This document shows positions 1-9,622 of a stretch of 64,000 bases of DNA, piece by piece. Source of the stretch: an uncultured Actinomycetes bacterium. GTDB lineage: Bacteria; Actinomycetota; Thermoleophilia; Gaiellales; Gaiellaceae. The notes below the pieces were generated by a model that saw nothing but the letters and a program-made list of their open reading frames with translations, ran no database searches and had not been told where the DNA came from. Numbering within the stretch: the stretch's first letter is position 1; each line of letters opens with the position of its first letter. A program made the translations under genes and the position numbers. Location: NCBI GenBank assembly GCA_963791895.1, contig CAWBTY010000013.1, positions 61,274-125,273 on the forward strand, written 5' to 3'.

Positions 1-777
1 GACGGCCACGAGCGGGTTGACGTACTGGTGGGTGACGACCTGCGAGATCGGCGCGTTGTCGAGGAGCCAGACGTAGGCGCTGTAGGCGAGCACCGAGCCG
101 GCGAGCGCGAGGTAGATCCACGCGGCGACGGGGCCGGCCTCGAACGCCTCACGGTCGAGGCGGCCGAGCTCACCGAAGGCCAACCCGCCCGCCACGAGCG
201 CGAGCCCGCCGCCGAGCATCTCGTAGACGGCGGCCCTGAACGGGTCGGAGGGCAGCGACAGCCGACGGGCGACGAACGAGCCACGTGACCACGAGATCGA
301 GGCGACGAGCATCACGAGCAGGCCGACGGCGGTGGCGCCGCCCCGCAGCCCGTCGGGCCCGATCACGAGCGCCAGTCCGACGAGGCCGACCACCGCGGCG
401 AGCACGGTCGGGCGAGGGACGCGCTCGCCGGCGACGGTCCGCCAGACGACGATCTGGAGCGGCACCGAGCCGGCGATCATCGCCGCGACCCCCGAGTCGA
501 TGCGCGTCTCGGCGACGTGGACGAGGCCGACTCCGAACGTGAGGAGCGCGACGCCCAGGCCCGCGGCCGACAGCGCTTCCCGCCGCGTGACGCGGAGCGA
601 GCGCCCGAGCAGCGCGAGAATGCCGGCGAGGACGAGCGCCGCAGTGAGGAACCGCGTCCCGGCCGTGAGCAGGGGCGGGAGGGTCCTGACGGCGACCTTG
701 ATCGCGAGGTACGTCGATCCCCACACGAGGTAGACGATCCAGAGCGCGCCCCACAGCTGGATGCGAGCACGCCTCAC
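1..777 (-). CDS. EamA/DMT family transporter (3' end beyond window)
   Basis: Manual translation from GTG 777: ...LWIVYLVWGSTYLAIKVAVRTLPPLLTAGTRF, the EamA N-terminal motif; hydrophobic throughout. Confidence 0.85.
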   Translation of the reverse strand, partial: MRRARIQLWGALWIVYLVWGSTYLAIKVAVRTLPPLLTAGTRFLTAALVLAGILALLGRSLRVTRREALSAAGLGVALLTFGVGLVHVAETRIDSGVAAMIAGSVPLQIVVWRTVAGERVPRPTVLAAVVGLVGLALVIGPDGLRGGATAVGLLVMLVASISWSRGSFVARRLSLPSDPFRAAVYEMLGGGLALVAGGLAFGELGRLDREAFEAGPVAAWIYLALAGSVLAYSAYVWLLDNAPISQVVTHQYVNPLVAV

Positions 778-851
778 GCCGAAGGAAACGCGGGCGTGGC
801 GCGGATCGTGAGGTCTGAGCGCGAGCGTCTCATCGAGTACCTTGGAGAACG

Positions 852-1103
852 ATGGGACTGGTCGAATCGATCCGCCGCCTCTTCGGACGCGCGGGCGACA
901 CGATGGACCACGCCGACTACGCCGCGCTCGACGCCGTCCACCGGGTCGAGGGCCAGCTCGACGACGCGACCGGCGGCCGGTTCTACGACGCGGTCGAGAA
1001 GGCCGACGAGGAGGCCGGGGAGCTCCTCGACCGGCTTCACCTCGACAACGAGCTGGGCGACGAGTCTCGACCCGGTTTGACCGAGGACGAGCAGTCGGCG
1101 TAG
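852..1103 (+). CDS. small acidic hypothetical protein
   Basis: 83-aa ORF, GGAG before ATG, typical codon usage, MGLVESIRRLFG start. Confidence 0.6.
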   Translation: MGLVESIRRLFGRAGDTMDHADYAALDAVHRVEGQLDDATGGRFYDAVEKADEEAGELLDRLHLDNELGDESRPGLTEDEQSA

Positions 1104-1112
1104 GCTCGCGCC

Positions 1113-1352
1113 ATGGGATTCCTCGACAGGTTGCTCGGCAGGACGAAGGAGACGGCCGGCGACGCCGCCGAAAAGGTGGAGGACGTCGCCGGTGACGCGA
1201 AGGACGAGCTCGGCGGCGCCGGCGACGAGGCGGGCGACACGGCGAGCGATGCCGCGGACCGAACGGGCGACACCGCCCGCGACGTCACCGAGCGCGCGCA
1301 GGACGCCGTCTCGGACCCACCCGATCCGCCCGACCGCCCCTCCGCGGCCTAG
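1113..1352 (+). CDS. small hydrophilic CsbD/LEA-like protein
   Basis: MGFLDRLLG followed by A/G/D/E/T-rich repeats; TAGGCT -10 six nt before ATG. Confidence 0.6.
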   Translation: MGFLDRLLGRTKETAGDAAEKVEDVAGDAKDELGGAGDEAGDTASDAADRTGDTARDVTERAQDAVSDPPDPPDRPSAA

Positions 1353-2374
1353 AGCGAACGAGCCGCCAGGCGCGCTCCGTCGCCGACGAACGAGGCGGCG
1401 TGGCCTCGCTCGTTCGCGTGCCGTAGCTCGTCGTCCGTCAGCGCGCCGATCCTGAGCAGGAGCTCGAACTCGTCCCGGAGGTGCGTCCGCATCATCTCCG
1501 GCCCGTCCGTCGCGATCGTGAACGGCACCGCGTGCTCGACGAACCGCTGGAACGTCTCGCGCACCTCGGCCTCGTCGCGCAGCGCCTTCGTGAGCAGGTT
1601 CGAGGTGGGGCAGATCTCGAGCGTCACGCCCGCCTCTCGCAGCAACGTCATCAGCTCGGGGTCGCGGGCGGCGAGGATCCCGTGGCCGATCCGCTCCGGC
1701 CGCAGCGCCTCGACCACCTCACCGATCTCTTCCGCGCCGGACGCGCCCTCCTCGCCGACGTGGATCGTCACGCCGAGACCGGCCTCGCGCGCGGTCTCCA
1801 CCATCGGGACGAGCTGCGTGTAGTCGTAGCGGAGCCCGCCGGGGCGAGGGCCGGCGATGTCGACGCCCACGACGCCGCGGCTCGACCAGTGGATCGCCTT
1901 GTCGACGATGATCTCGTTCTGGCGGGCGTCGAAGGTGCGGTCCATCATCAGGATGAGGCCGGCGCGCACCTGCGGATACTCGAGCCGTGCCCGATCGAGC
2001 CCGCGGATGGCAGCGAGGATGATGTGGTCGAGGTCGCGCTCGCCGCCGCGATTTCGCTTCATCGGGTTGAAGCGGAGCTCGAGCGTCGTGATGCGCTGCG
2101 AGCGGTACGCGCCACCGATCGCCGCGTGCACGGACCGCTCGACGGCGAGCGGCGACGACTGGATGAGCTCCGTCCAGTGGTAGATCGCGTCGAGCTCGTC
2201 GAGGCTCTCGACGCCGCGCGGGTCGGAGACCGTGACGAGCGCGTCGAAGCCCCAGTAGTCCTTCACCGGGAGCGCGATGCCCTGCTCGTGGGCGAGGCTC
2301 CACATGATGTCCGACGCCACCGAGCCGCCGAGGTGCGTATGGAGCTCGGCGAGCCCGACGTCGGCCGGCAGCAT
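1349..2374 (-). CDS. adenosine deaminase family metallohydrolase
   Basis: ELHTHLGGS, TIHVGE, RIGHG, LEICPTSN, IATDGP motifs. Confidence 0.85.
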   Translation of the reverse strand: MLPADVGLAELHTHLGGSVASDIMWSLAHEQGIALPVKDYWGFDALVTVSDPRGVESLDELDAIYHWTELIQSSPLAVERSVHAAIGGAYRSQRITTLELRFNPMKRNRGGERDLDHIILAAIRGLDRARLEYPQVRAGLILMMDRTFDARQNEIIVDKAIHWSSRGVVGVDIAGPRPGGLRYDYTQLVPMVETAREAGLGVTIHVGEEGASGAEEIGEVVEALRPERIGHGILAARDPELMTLLREAGVTLEICPTSNLLTKALRDEAEVRETFQRFVEHAVPFTIATDGPEMMRTHLRDEFELLLRIGALTDDELRHANERGHAASFVGDGARLAARSL

Positions 2375-2398
2375 GTGAGCGATCTTACGCGGGGCGGG

Positions 2399-3028
2399 TC
2401 AGCGGGCGGTCGCGTCCGCGACGAACGAGCGGAGCGGCTCGAGCCACGCCGGATCGACCGTGTGCGGCACAGGAGTGAAGAGGCGCAGCACCTCTGCGCC
2501 CGCCGCAGCGAGCACGTCCGCAGCTTCCACGCCGAACCGCGCCGGGATCACGGGGTCGAGCGAGCCGTGCGCGACCGCGATCGGGACACCGGCGAGCCGC
2601 TCGGGCGCGAGCGGCCAGTCGGCGACGCGCGGGAGGAAGCCCGACATGGCGACGACCGCCGCGGGGCGGGGCCGGTCCTGCCCGAGCGAGAGCGCCCAGC
2701 TCATCACGGCCCCCTGCGAGAAGCCCCCGAGGACGGTGCGCTCGAGCGGCACGGGCAGCGCGTCGAGAAAGGCGGTCAGCAGCGGCACGGTCGCGTGGAA
2801 CGTCTCCGGGTCAGGGGTCGGGATCCCGGCCAGCGAGTACCAGTGACGGCCGCCCGGCGGCAGCCGGAGCGGGCCGCCTGGAGTGACGCCGAGGAGCCGC
2901 CGGTCGGGGTCGAGCAGGTCGAGGAGCGGGAAGAGGTCGTGCTCGTCCGCTCCGCGGCCGTGGAGAAGGACGAGCGCTCCCTCTGGCTCGCCAGCGGGCT
3001 CGCGCCGGCGAGCGACGAGCTCGTTCAC
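2399..3028 (-). CDS. phospholipase/carboxylesterase (alpha/beta hydrolase)
   Basis: LLHGRG, GGFSQG nucleophile elbow, HGSLDPVIP; GTG 3028 overlaps upstream stop. Confidence 0.85.
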   Translation of the reverse strand: MNELVARRREPAGEPEGALVLLHGRGADEHDLFPLLDLLDPDRRLLGVTPGGPLRLPPGGRHWYSLAGIPTPDPETFHATVPLLTAFLDALPVPLERTVLGGFSQGAVMSWALSLGQDRPRPAAVVAMSGFLPRVADWPLAPERLAGVPIAVAHGSLDPVIPARFGVEAADVLAAAGAEVLRLFTPVPHTVDPAWLEPLRSFVADATAR

Positions 3029-3996
3029 GCGCGCGGTGCCCGGGGGTCGGGCAGCGGCGTCAGCGTCTGCTCGACCTGCGAGCGCAGGTGCTCGAACGCC
3101 GGTGGCAGGATGAGCGCCTCGCCGAGGTGCTCCGGGTCCTCGTCGATGCCGAATCCCGGGCCGAGAGTCGCCAGCTCGAAGAGGACACCGCTCGGCTCGC
3201 GGAAGTACACGGACTTGAACCAGAAGCGGTCGATGACCGGAGTCGCGCGCATGCCGGCCTCGGAGACGCGGCGCTGCCAGTCCGCGTGATCGTCGTCGTG
3301 CGACGCCCACGCGACGTGGTGCACCGTCCCGGCGCCGGGGATCCCGGCGCCTGCGGGCGGCTCGTCGTAGCCGTAGAGGCCGCCACGCGCCGCGCCGCGC
3401 ACCTCCCATGCATTCTTGCCGGTGGACACGAAGCCCATGACGTCCTGGAGCAGCTCTCGGCTCGCCTCCGGGCGTGAGCCGAAGGCGCGCACGCCGTCGA
3501 ATCCCTGGAGGGCGTGCTCGGCGGGGATCTCCGGGTGGCGCGCGACGAGAGGCTCGTCGGCGACGCGGGAGACGACGAGCTCGAGGCCGAGGCCTTCGGG
3601 ATCCTCGAAGCGGAGCCGGTCTCCCTCGAGGGTCGTCGCGACCCCCTCGGTCCCGAGGCGTGACTGCCAGAACGCGAGCGCCTCGGGTGCGCCGACGCGG
3701 AACGAGACCGTGTGCACCATCCCGTCCCCTGCCCTGCCCCGGCGGGCGCCCGGGTACTCGAAGAAGGTGATGTCCGCGCCGGCGCTGCCCTTCTCGTCGG
3801 CGTAGAAGAGGTGGTAGACCGTCGGATCGTCCTGGTTGACCGTCTTCTTGACGAGCCGCAGGCCGAGGACGCGCGCGTAGAAGTCGACGTTCCCGGGGGC
3901 GTCGCCCGTGACGCACGTGACGTGATGGATGCCCTCGAACCGCGTCCCGGCCGGGGTCGGTGTCTCGCTCGTCCGTTCCCGTGTCGCTTCGCCCAT
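3025..3996 (-). CDS. ring-cleaving dioxygenase (glyoxalase/VOC, MhqO-like)
   Basis: GIHHVT, LVKKTVNQDDP..YHLFY, GTVHHVAW, DRFWFKSVYFREPSGVLFELAT. Confidence 0.9.
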   Translation of the reverse strand: MGEATRERTSETPTPAGTRFEGIHHVTCVTGDAPGNVDFYARVLGLRLVKKTVNQDDPTVYHLFYADEKGSAGADITFFEYPGARRGRAGDGMVHTVSFRVGAPEALAFWQSRLGTEGVATTLEGDRLRFEDPEGLGLELVVSRVADEPLVARHPEIPAEHALQGFDGVRAFGSRPEASRELLQDVMGFVSTGKNAWEVRGAARGGLYGYDEPPAGAGIPGAGTVHHVAWASHDDDHADWQRRVSEAGMRATPVIDRFWFKSVYFREPSGVLFELATLGPGFGIDEDPEHLGEALILPPAFEHLRSQVEQTLTPLPDPRAPRA

Positions 3997-4020
3997 GGCT
4001 GCTCCTTCGTGCCCGATATA

Positions 4021-4034
4021 CTTGCAAAGACAAG
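4021..4034. promoter_or_regulatory. putative MarR operator CTTG-N6-CAAG
   Basis: Inverted repeat in AT-rich divergent region between dioxygenase and MarR. Confidence 0.5.
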
Positions 4035-4510
4035 GAGATAATTGCATAGGCCGATCAACCCGTGTCAAGGAGCTCGCCCCGAACGAGCTCGCCGCCTGGC
4101 GAGGGCTGCTCCGCGTCCACTCCGCCCTCGTCGCTGAGCTCGACCGCGAGCTCGAGCTCGAGCACGGCCTGCCGCTGACGCACTACGAGGTGCTTCTCTA
4201 CCTCGAGGCGGCGCCTGGCCACAAGCTGCGGATGACCGAGCTCGCTGCGTCCGTGCTGCTCAGCCAGAGCGGCGTCACACGACTCGTCGACCGGCTCGAG
4301 CACGACGGGCTCGTCAGACGCGAGCCGTGCCCGGACGACCGGCGCGGGCTGCTCGCGTCCATCACGCCGGCGGGCAGGCGCCGCCTCGAGGAGGCGCGGC
4401 CGACCCATCTCGCAGGCGTGCGTGCCCGGTTCCTCTCGCACCTCGGCGACGCCGAGCTCGGGCTGCTCGCCGCGACGTGGGAGCGCGTCCGGCCGGGGAT
4501 CACAGCCTGA
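4022..4510 (+). CDS. MarR family regulator (start uncertain)
   Basis: LRMTELAASVLLSQSGVTRLVDRLE...DRRG winged HTH. Confidence 0.85.
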   Translation: MQRQGDNCIGRSTRVKELAPNELAAWRGLLRVHSALVAELDRELELEHGLPLTHYEVLLYLEAAPGHKLRMTELAASVLLSQSGVTRLVDRLEHDGLVRREPCPDDRRGLLASITPAGRRRLEEARPTHLAGVRARFLSHLGDAELGLLAATWERVRPGITA

Positions 4511-4568
4511 AAGCCATTGCCTGTGTGTAGGGCACCGTGGGGTCCCTCACGTCAATAGGGTTCGCCAG

Positions 4569-5717
4569 GTGAAGATCGGCATCGTCGTGCCGTTCTCGTG
4601 GTCGTTCTGGGGGGCGGTCGTCGAGCACGCCGAGCTCCAGGCCGGAGCCCTCGAGGCGCGCGGGCACGAGGTCAGGCTGGTGATGGGCAACGACCCGCCG
4701 GGCCAGTTCACGCGCGTCCTCCATCCACGGGTGGGTCGTCATGGCGAGCCCCCGGCGAACGTCATCGCCGTCGGCCGCTCGGTGATCGTCCCCGCGAACG
4801 GCTCGCTGCCGAACATCGTCCTCAGCCCGCGCGCGTTCCTCCGCATCCGGCGCGTGCTCGAGCGCGAGCGATTCGATCTCCTCCACCTGCACGAGCCGAT
4901 GACCCCGGCGATCTGCGTCTCCGTCCTCGCGATCGCGACCGCCCCGATCGTCGCGACCCACCACGCCTCGGGCGACCTCGGCTGGATGCGCGGCGGGATG
5001 CGGATGTGGGGGTTCCTGATGGATCGCGTGGATCAGCGGATCGCCGTCTCGGAGCAGGCACGCGCCTCCGCCGATCGCTGGGTCGGCGGGCCCTGGGAGG
5101 TCGTCCCGAACGGGGTGCTGATCCCCGACGGGGTCGATCCCGGCCACCGCGAGCACACGGTCGTGTTCGCCGGACGTCACGAGCCTCGCAAGGGCCTGCA
5201 GGTGCTCCTCCGCGCGTGGCCGGAGATCCGACGCCGCACGGGCGCCAGGCTCGTCGTCGCGGGCGCCGATCCGCTGGCGGTGCGTCTCCTGCTCACGCGT
5301 CTCGACGTGTCGGACGAAGGGATCGAGATCGCCGGCTTCCTCTCGCAGGACGAGCTCACGCGGCTCCTCGGCTCGACGAAGGCGCTCGTCGCGCCCTCCC
5401 TCGGCGGCGAGAGCTTCGGGATGGTGCTCACGCGGGCACTCGCCTGCGCGACACCGGTGGTCGCCTCGGACATCGAGGGCTACCGCGAGGTCGTGACACC
5501 CGAGACCGCGGTCACGGTCGCGCCGGGGGACGTGCCGGCACTCGTCGACGGGGTCGAGACGCTCCTCGCGGACGAGCCGCGGCGCGTCGCCATGGGTGCC
5601 GCGGCGCGGACGCTCGCGGAGCAGTCCTACGCCTGGCCCGACATCGCCGCCCGGCTCGAGGGGATCTACGAGCGGGTCGTCGCGCACAGAGGAGTCCGGG
5701 AGGCACGCGCGGCGTGA
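4569..5717 (+). CDS. GT4 glycosyltransferase, PimA-like
   Basis: KIGIVVPFSW, LHLHEP, GRHEPRKG, GGESFGMVL; TAGGGT -10 seven nt before GTG. Confidence 0.85.
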   Translation: MKIGIVVPFSWSFWGAVVEHAELQAGALEARGHEVRLVMGNDPPGQFTRVLHPRVGRHGEPPANVIAVGRSVIVPANGSLPNIVLSPRAFLRIRRVLERERFDLLHLHEPMTPAICVSVLAIATAPIVATHHASGDLGWMRGGMRMWGFLMDRVDQRIAVSEQARASADRWVGGPWEVVPNGVLIPDGVDPGHREHTVVFAGRHEPRKGLQVLLRAWPEIRRRTGARLVVAGADPLAVRLLLTRLDVSDEGIEIAGFLSQDELTRLLGSTKALVAPSLGGESFGMVLTRALACATPVVASDIEGYREVVTPETAVTVAPGDVPALVDGVETLLADEPRRVAMGAAARTLAEQSYAWPDIAARLEGIYERVVAHRGVREARAA

Positions 5718-6812
5718 AGGTCGTCTTCGCGCTCTACCGCAACCCCTGGATGCGAGGGCTCGGGGTGCTCGCCTCGCTCGTGGCCGCGCTCGTCGTGCTC
5801 TGGTGGCGCGGGCCCGAGTGGGACACCGTCTACGACGCGTTCGCCTTCGTCAGCTGGCGCTGGGTGCTCCTTGCAGTCCTGCTCAACCTGCTCTCGGTCG
5901 TCGCGCGCGCGTGGGCGTGGAACGTCACGATCCACCAGGCGATGCCGCCGCCGCCACCGGGCTTCCGGTCGGTCTTCTCGGCGTTCGGCGTCGGCCTGCT
6001 CGGGAACGCCGTGCTCCCCGCGCGGGCCGGCGAGCTCGCCCGCGTCGCAGTCCTGCGTCGGCACCTGCCCGAGGGCAGCGGCTCCGGGGCGACGCTGCTC
6101 GGGACCGTCTTCGCGCACCGCGTGTTCGACGTCTTCCCGATCGCGCTGCTCGTCGGCTACGTCGTGCTCACGGCGAAGTTGCCGCACTGGGCGGTCACGG
6201 GTGTCGTGGCGGTCGGCCTGGTCGGGCTCGGGCTGCTGACGGTCGGGCTGCTCTCGGCCCGCCGTGACCCCGGCGCGCCGGTGCACGGGGAGCGAACCGC
6301 CCGGCGGCTCCTCGCCATGGCGCGACAGGGCCTGGCGGTCCTGCGCGTCCCCTCCGCGGCGCTCGCGGCGATCTTCTTCCAGACCGTCGGCTGGACGCTG
6401 CAGCTCCTCGCCGTCTGGGCTGCGACCGAGGCGTTCGGCCTCGACGTCCCGCTGCCCGCCGCGGCGCTCGTGCTCCTCCTCATGAACGTCGCGACCATCT
6501 TCCCGCTCTGGCCCGGGAACGTCGGGCTGCTCCAGGCCGCCGTCGCGCTGCCACTCGCTCAGTACGGCGTCGCCTACGGGACGGGCTTCGCCTACGGGCT
6601 CGTCCTCCAGGCGATCGAGATGTCGGTCGGCGTCGGCGTCGGGCTCGTGATGCTCGCACACGAGGGGCTCTCGTTCGCCGCCCTGAAGCGCATCGAGGAG
6701 GACCAGGAGGCGGAGGCGGGCGAGCTCGTGCGACGAGCACGAGCCGGAGCCCGAGCCGGAGCCCGTGGAGCGGCGGGAGCCGGTGCTCACAGAGGGTCGT
6801 TTCCGGCGCTGA
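5714..6812 (+). CDS. lysylphosphatidylglycerol synthase-like TM protein (UPF0104); 1-nt frameshift near 6730
   Basis: NAVLPARAGELAR and PGNVG motifs; removing one base gives DEHEPEPEP...GRFRR* ending 6812. Confidence 0.75.
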
Positions 6813-8451
6813 ACGAGCCCAGCCGCGCCGAGATCACCGCGTCCGCCGCCGCCGCGCTCGGGGCGTGCCCCGTGACCGCTGCGACGAAGGGCTCACGCTC
6901 GAGCGCGACGAGGCCGACGTCAGTCACCGCGGTCGCCGTGGCCGTGCGCGGCACGTCGCGGAGGAGCGCGATCTCCCCGAACGCCTCGCCGGGCCCGAAT
7001 CGGCGCCCCAGGATCGCCACCTCGCCCGACTCGACGACGTAGAAGCGATCGCCTGGGTCTCCCTCGCGCAGGATCACCGCGCCGGCCGCGTGGGTGACGG
7101 GGGTCGCCTCGCGCGCGAGCCGTTCGAGCACGGCCTCCGGAAGACCGGCGAGCATGGGCACGCGGCGCAGCAGGCCGGTTGCCGTCGGTGCCGACGTCGC
7201 ACCGTCGAGGGCCCGCAAGCGTGGCCGGCTGACGAGTGCGAGCACGGGGAGCAGGGCGCCTGTCACGACGAGCGCCGCCTCGGTGCCGACGAGCTCGATG
7301 AGGACGGGCGCGAGCAGCGCGCCGAGCCCGAGCGTCCCGAGGAGGAGGCCGTCGAGCGCGCCGAGCGCTCGGCCAAGCACGTCGTCCGGCACCGCGCGCT
7401 GCATGATCGTGAGCGCGTTGACGTCGACGATCGAGTTGCCGATCCCGATGATCGCGAGGCCGACGACCGCGACCGCCGCTACCGGGACACCGCCGATCAG
7501 CGCGAGCGGCAGCCCGAAGAGCGCGAGGCCGAGGGCGAAGTCTCTCGCCAGCCGGCCGCCGGGGGAGAGCAGGAGTGCCACGAACCCTCCCACGAGGCCA
7601 CCGACGCCGACGGCCGCGTAGAGCAGGCCGACCCCCGCCTCGTCGAGCTCGAGCAGCTCGAAGGAGGTGACGACGACCAGCACGTTGAGCGCACCGGCGA
7701 CGAGCGTCTGCGCCGCGTAGAGGCCGACGAGCGTCCGCAGGGTCGGCTCCCCGGCGATCGTGCGGATCCCGCTCAGGAGACCGCTGCTGCGCCCGGGGCC
7801 AGACGCCACCTGCTCACGCGGCTGCTCGAAACGCCGCAGGCCGACGACGAGGAAGGCGGACCAGAGGAAGCTCGCGCCGTTTGCGGCGAAGACGACCTCG
7901 GGGCTCGAGAAGGCGAGAAGGAGACCGCCGAGCGCGGGGCCGAGGAACGTGCCAACGCTCTCGAGAGTGCTCGAGGCGACGTTGGCGGCGGTCAGCTCGG
8001 ACGGTGAGCGGACGAGCGCCGGCAGGAGCGCCGCCTTCGCCGGCCGGAACACCGTGCCCGCGATCGTCGAGAGAGCGACGAGGGCGTAGACGAGCGGCGC
8101 AGGCCCGTCCGTGGCGATCGTCGTCGCGGCCGCCAGCATGAGCGCGAAGCGGATGAGGTCGCTCGCGACCATCACGCCGACGCGCGAGAAGCGGTCGACG
8201 AGCGAGGCCGTGAACGGCGCCGCGAGCGCGGCGGGCACGAGGCGGATCAGGCCGACCAGGCCGACCGCCCTCGCCCCACCCTGGCCATACGCGTAGACGC
8301 CGAGCGCGACGAGGTATGCCCACCCGCCGAGGATCGACCCCACCCAGGCGAGCTGGAGGCGCCGGAGCGCCGGACTTGCGAAAACGTCGCGCAGTGCGCG
8401 CAGGGCCGCCCGACCCCGGCCGTCCGACTCGTGTTCCTCCGCGCCGCTCAT
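6787..8451 (-). CDS. MFS transporter fused to C-terminal cyclic-nucleotide-binding domain
   Basis: About 12 TM with SLVDRFSR MFS motif; C-terminal EGDPGDRFYVVESG...GEAFGEIALL..PRTAT; AAGGAGG RBS. Confidence 0.85.
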   Translation of the reverse strand: MSGAEEHESDGRGRAALRALRDVFASPALRRLQLAWVGSILGGWAYLVALGVYAYGQGGARAVGLVGLIRLVPAALAAPFTASLVDRFSRVGVMVASDLIRFALMLAAATTIATDGPAPLVYALVALSTIAGTVFRPAKAALLPALVRSPSELTAANVASSTLESVGTFLGPALGGLLLAFSSPEVVFAANGASFLWSAFLVVGLRRFEQPREQVASGPGRSSGLLSGIRTIAGEPTLRTLVGLYAAQTLVAGALNVLVVVTSFELLELDEAGVGLLYAAVGVGGLVGGFVALLLSPGGRLARDFALGLALFGLPLALIGGVPVAAVAVVGLAIIGIGNSIVDVNALTIMQRAVPDDVLGRALGALDGLLLGTLGLGALLAPVLIELVGTEAALVVTGALLPVLALVSRPRLRALDGATSAPTATGLLRRVPMLAGLPEAVLERLAREATPVTHAAGAVILREGDPGDRFYVVESGEVAILGRRFGPGEAFGEIALLRDVPRTATATAVTDVGLVALEREPFVAAVTGHAPSAAAADAVISARLGSFSAGNDPL

Positions 8452-8480
8452 TGCCTCCTTGCGCACCACACCAGAAATGA

Positions 8481-8520
8481 GGGAAGATTTCAGCGAGTTC
8501 GTGCGTCGTGTGGGCAGATG
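8481..8520 (+). promoter_or_regulatory. putative ECF-sigma promoter GGGAAGA-N14-TGCGTC
   Basis: Matches 11314-11275 on the minus strand (GGGAAGAwwwCAGC...TGCGTCnnGTGGGnAG). Confidence 0.6.
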
Positions 8521-8557
8521 TCCTATTCGGGACGTTCCGTCGAAAGGAGTCAGCGAG

Positions 8558-8717
8558 ATGTCGGACGAACGCAAGCAGGCTCGAGGACGGCGAGGTCGAG
8601 CAGCTCGAGGACGACTTCGAGGGCCATCAGCTCGAGGTTGGCCAGCTCGAGGAAGGTCAGCTCGAGGTCGGTCAGCTCGAGGAAGGTCAGCTCGAGGTCG
8701 GTCAGCTCGAGGAGTGA
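8558..8717 (+). CDS. 52-aa acidic QLE-repeat peptide; 1-nt frameshift near 8579
   Basis: AAAGGAG RBS then ATG 8558; deleting one G gives MSDERKQLEDGEVEQLEDDFEGH(QLEVG QLEEG)x2 QLEVG QLEE*; followed by a terminator. Confidence 0.65.
8628..8714 (+). repeat. 15-bp tandem repeat (about 6 units CAGCTCGAGG[TY/AA]GGY)
   Basis: Directly visible; encodes alternating QLEVG/QLEEG. Confidence 0.9.
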
Positions 8718-8764
8718 GGCGTCGGCAGGCTCGGCCTTCCCGCGGGGGGCCGGTTCGACGGAGC

Positions 8765-8800
8765 GAGCGGCGCCTACGGGCGCCGTTCGTCTTTCTTGTT
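8765..8800 (+). terminator. intrinsic terminator with cUACGg tetraloop
   Basis: GAGCGGCGCC-TACG-GGCGCCGTTC followed by GTCTTTCTTGTT. Confidence 0.65.
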
Positions 8801-8906
8801 CGCCAGGCAGGAATCCGCAGAAGCGGATCCTGCGGCTTGATCCCCGCCTGCGGCGGGGCAGATCCCTGAAGGCGCCCGCTGTCGCGGTCGCAACTGCCTC
8901 GTTGCC
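8792..8906 (+). repeat. long multi-hairpin repeat, copy 1
   Basis: Contains CCCTGAAGGCG core; homologous to copies at 13670, 21564, 22395, 34457, 39871. Confidence 0.85.
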
Positions 8907-8924
8907 ACGACGGCGCGAGCCTTC

Positions 8925-8948
8925 GGTGTCTGGCTTCAGCCAGACACC
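8925..8948. repeat. REP-like palindrome GGTGTCTGGCTTCAGCCAGACACC
   Basis: Perfect inverted repeat recurring in the window. Confidence 0.9.
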
Positions 8949-8957
8949 GGCTCTTTC

Positions 8958-8982
8958 GGTGTCCGACTTCAAGTCGGACACC
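8958..8982. repeat. REP-like palindrome GGTGTCCGACTTCAAGTCGGACACC
   Basis: Perfect inverted repeat recurring in the window. Confidence 0.9.
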
Positions 8983-8986
8983 CGCT

Positions 8987-9622
8987 CTACCTCCGCAGCA
9001 GCTGCTCCAGCGCCTCGAGCAGCCGGCGGGCAGCGTCGGCGTCCTCGTCGGCGAGGAGCGCCGCGACCCGCCCGACGAGCGCCGCGTCGTGGTCGCCGAC
9101 GAGCGCGGCTCGGGCGTCCCGGGCCCGGAGGAGGAGGTCGAGCGCGATCGCCGCCTGCGTCGAGAACCGCGAGAGCAGCTCGAGCTCGGCCAGCCCGAAC
9201 GGGCGCTCCCGCGCCCGGTCGAGCACCGAGAGCACCCCGAGCGCGCGCTCGTCGTGCAGGAGCGGGGTCGCGACGATCGCATCCGGCACGTAGCCGGTGC
9301 TCGACGCGCGCTCGCGCGAGAACCGCGGATCGGCCGAGAGGTCGTCGACGACGAGCGGCTGCCGCGTCACGAGCGCGAAGCCGGCGATCCCGGTGCTCGA
9401 CGGGAAGCGCGTGCCGATCAGGCTGTCCTCGCCACGGCCCGAGACGGCCTCGAAGACGAGCTCGTCGGCGGCCTCGTCGAGCAGGAAGATCGACGCCGCC
9501 TCGGCGCCGAAGATCGTCCGCGCGACGTCGACGATCGACTGCAGCAGCTCGCGGAAGGTCGCCTCGTCGCCGCCGAGCATCCCTGCGGCCGCGGCGCGCT
9601 CGGCGAAGAGCTCGTCGTTCAT
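8987..9622 (-). CDS. stand-alone GAF domain protein
   Basis: AASIFLLDE..ELVF, GIAGFAL, DPRF, PLLHDERALGVLSVLDR, FGLAELELL; ATG overlaps S8 stop. Confidence 0.85.
   Translation of the reverse strand: MNDELFAERAAAAGMLGGDEATFRELLQSIVDVARTIFGAEAASIFLLDEAADELVFEAVSGRGEDSLIGTRFPSSTGIAGFALVTRQPLVVDDLSADPRFSRERASSTGYVPDAIVATPLLHDERALGVLSVLDRARERPFGLAELELLSRFSTQAAIALDLLLRARDARAALVGDHDAALVGRVAALLADEDADAARRLLEALEQLLRR

Noticed and set aside
6741-6766. GAGCC(G/C) hexamer repeat
   Set aside because: Encodes a low-complexity EPEPEP tail; no evidence of phase variation
8508-8557. GTG 8508 as the start of the repeat peptide
   Set aside because: No SD, lies within the promoter motif, and gives an implausible N-terminus; the SD precedes ATG 8558
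8628-8714. Tandem repeats as a CRISPR array
   Set aside because: 15-bp units with no spacers, in-frame coding pattern, and no cas genes
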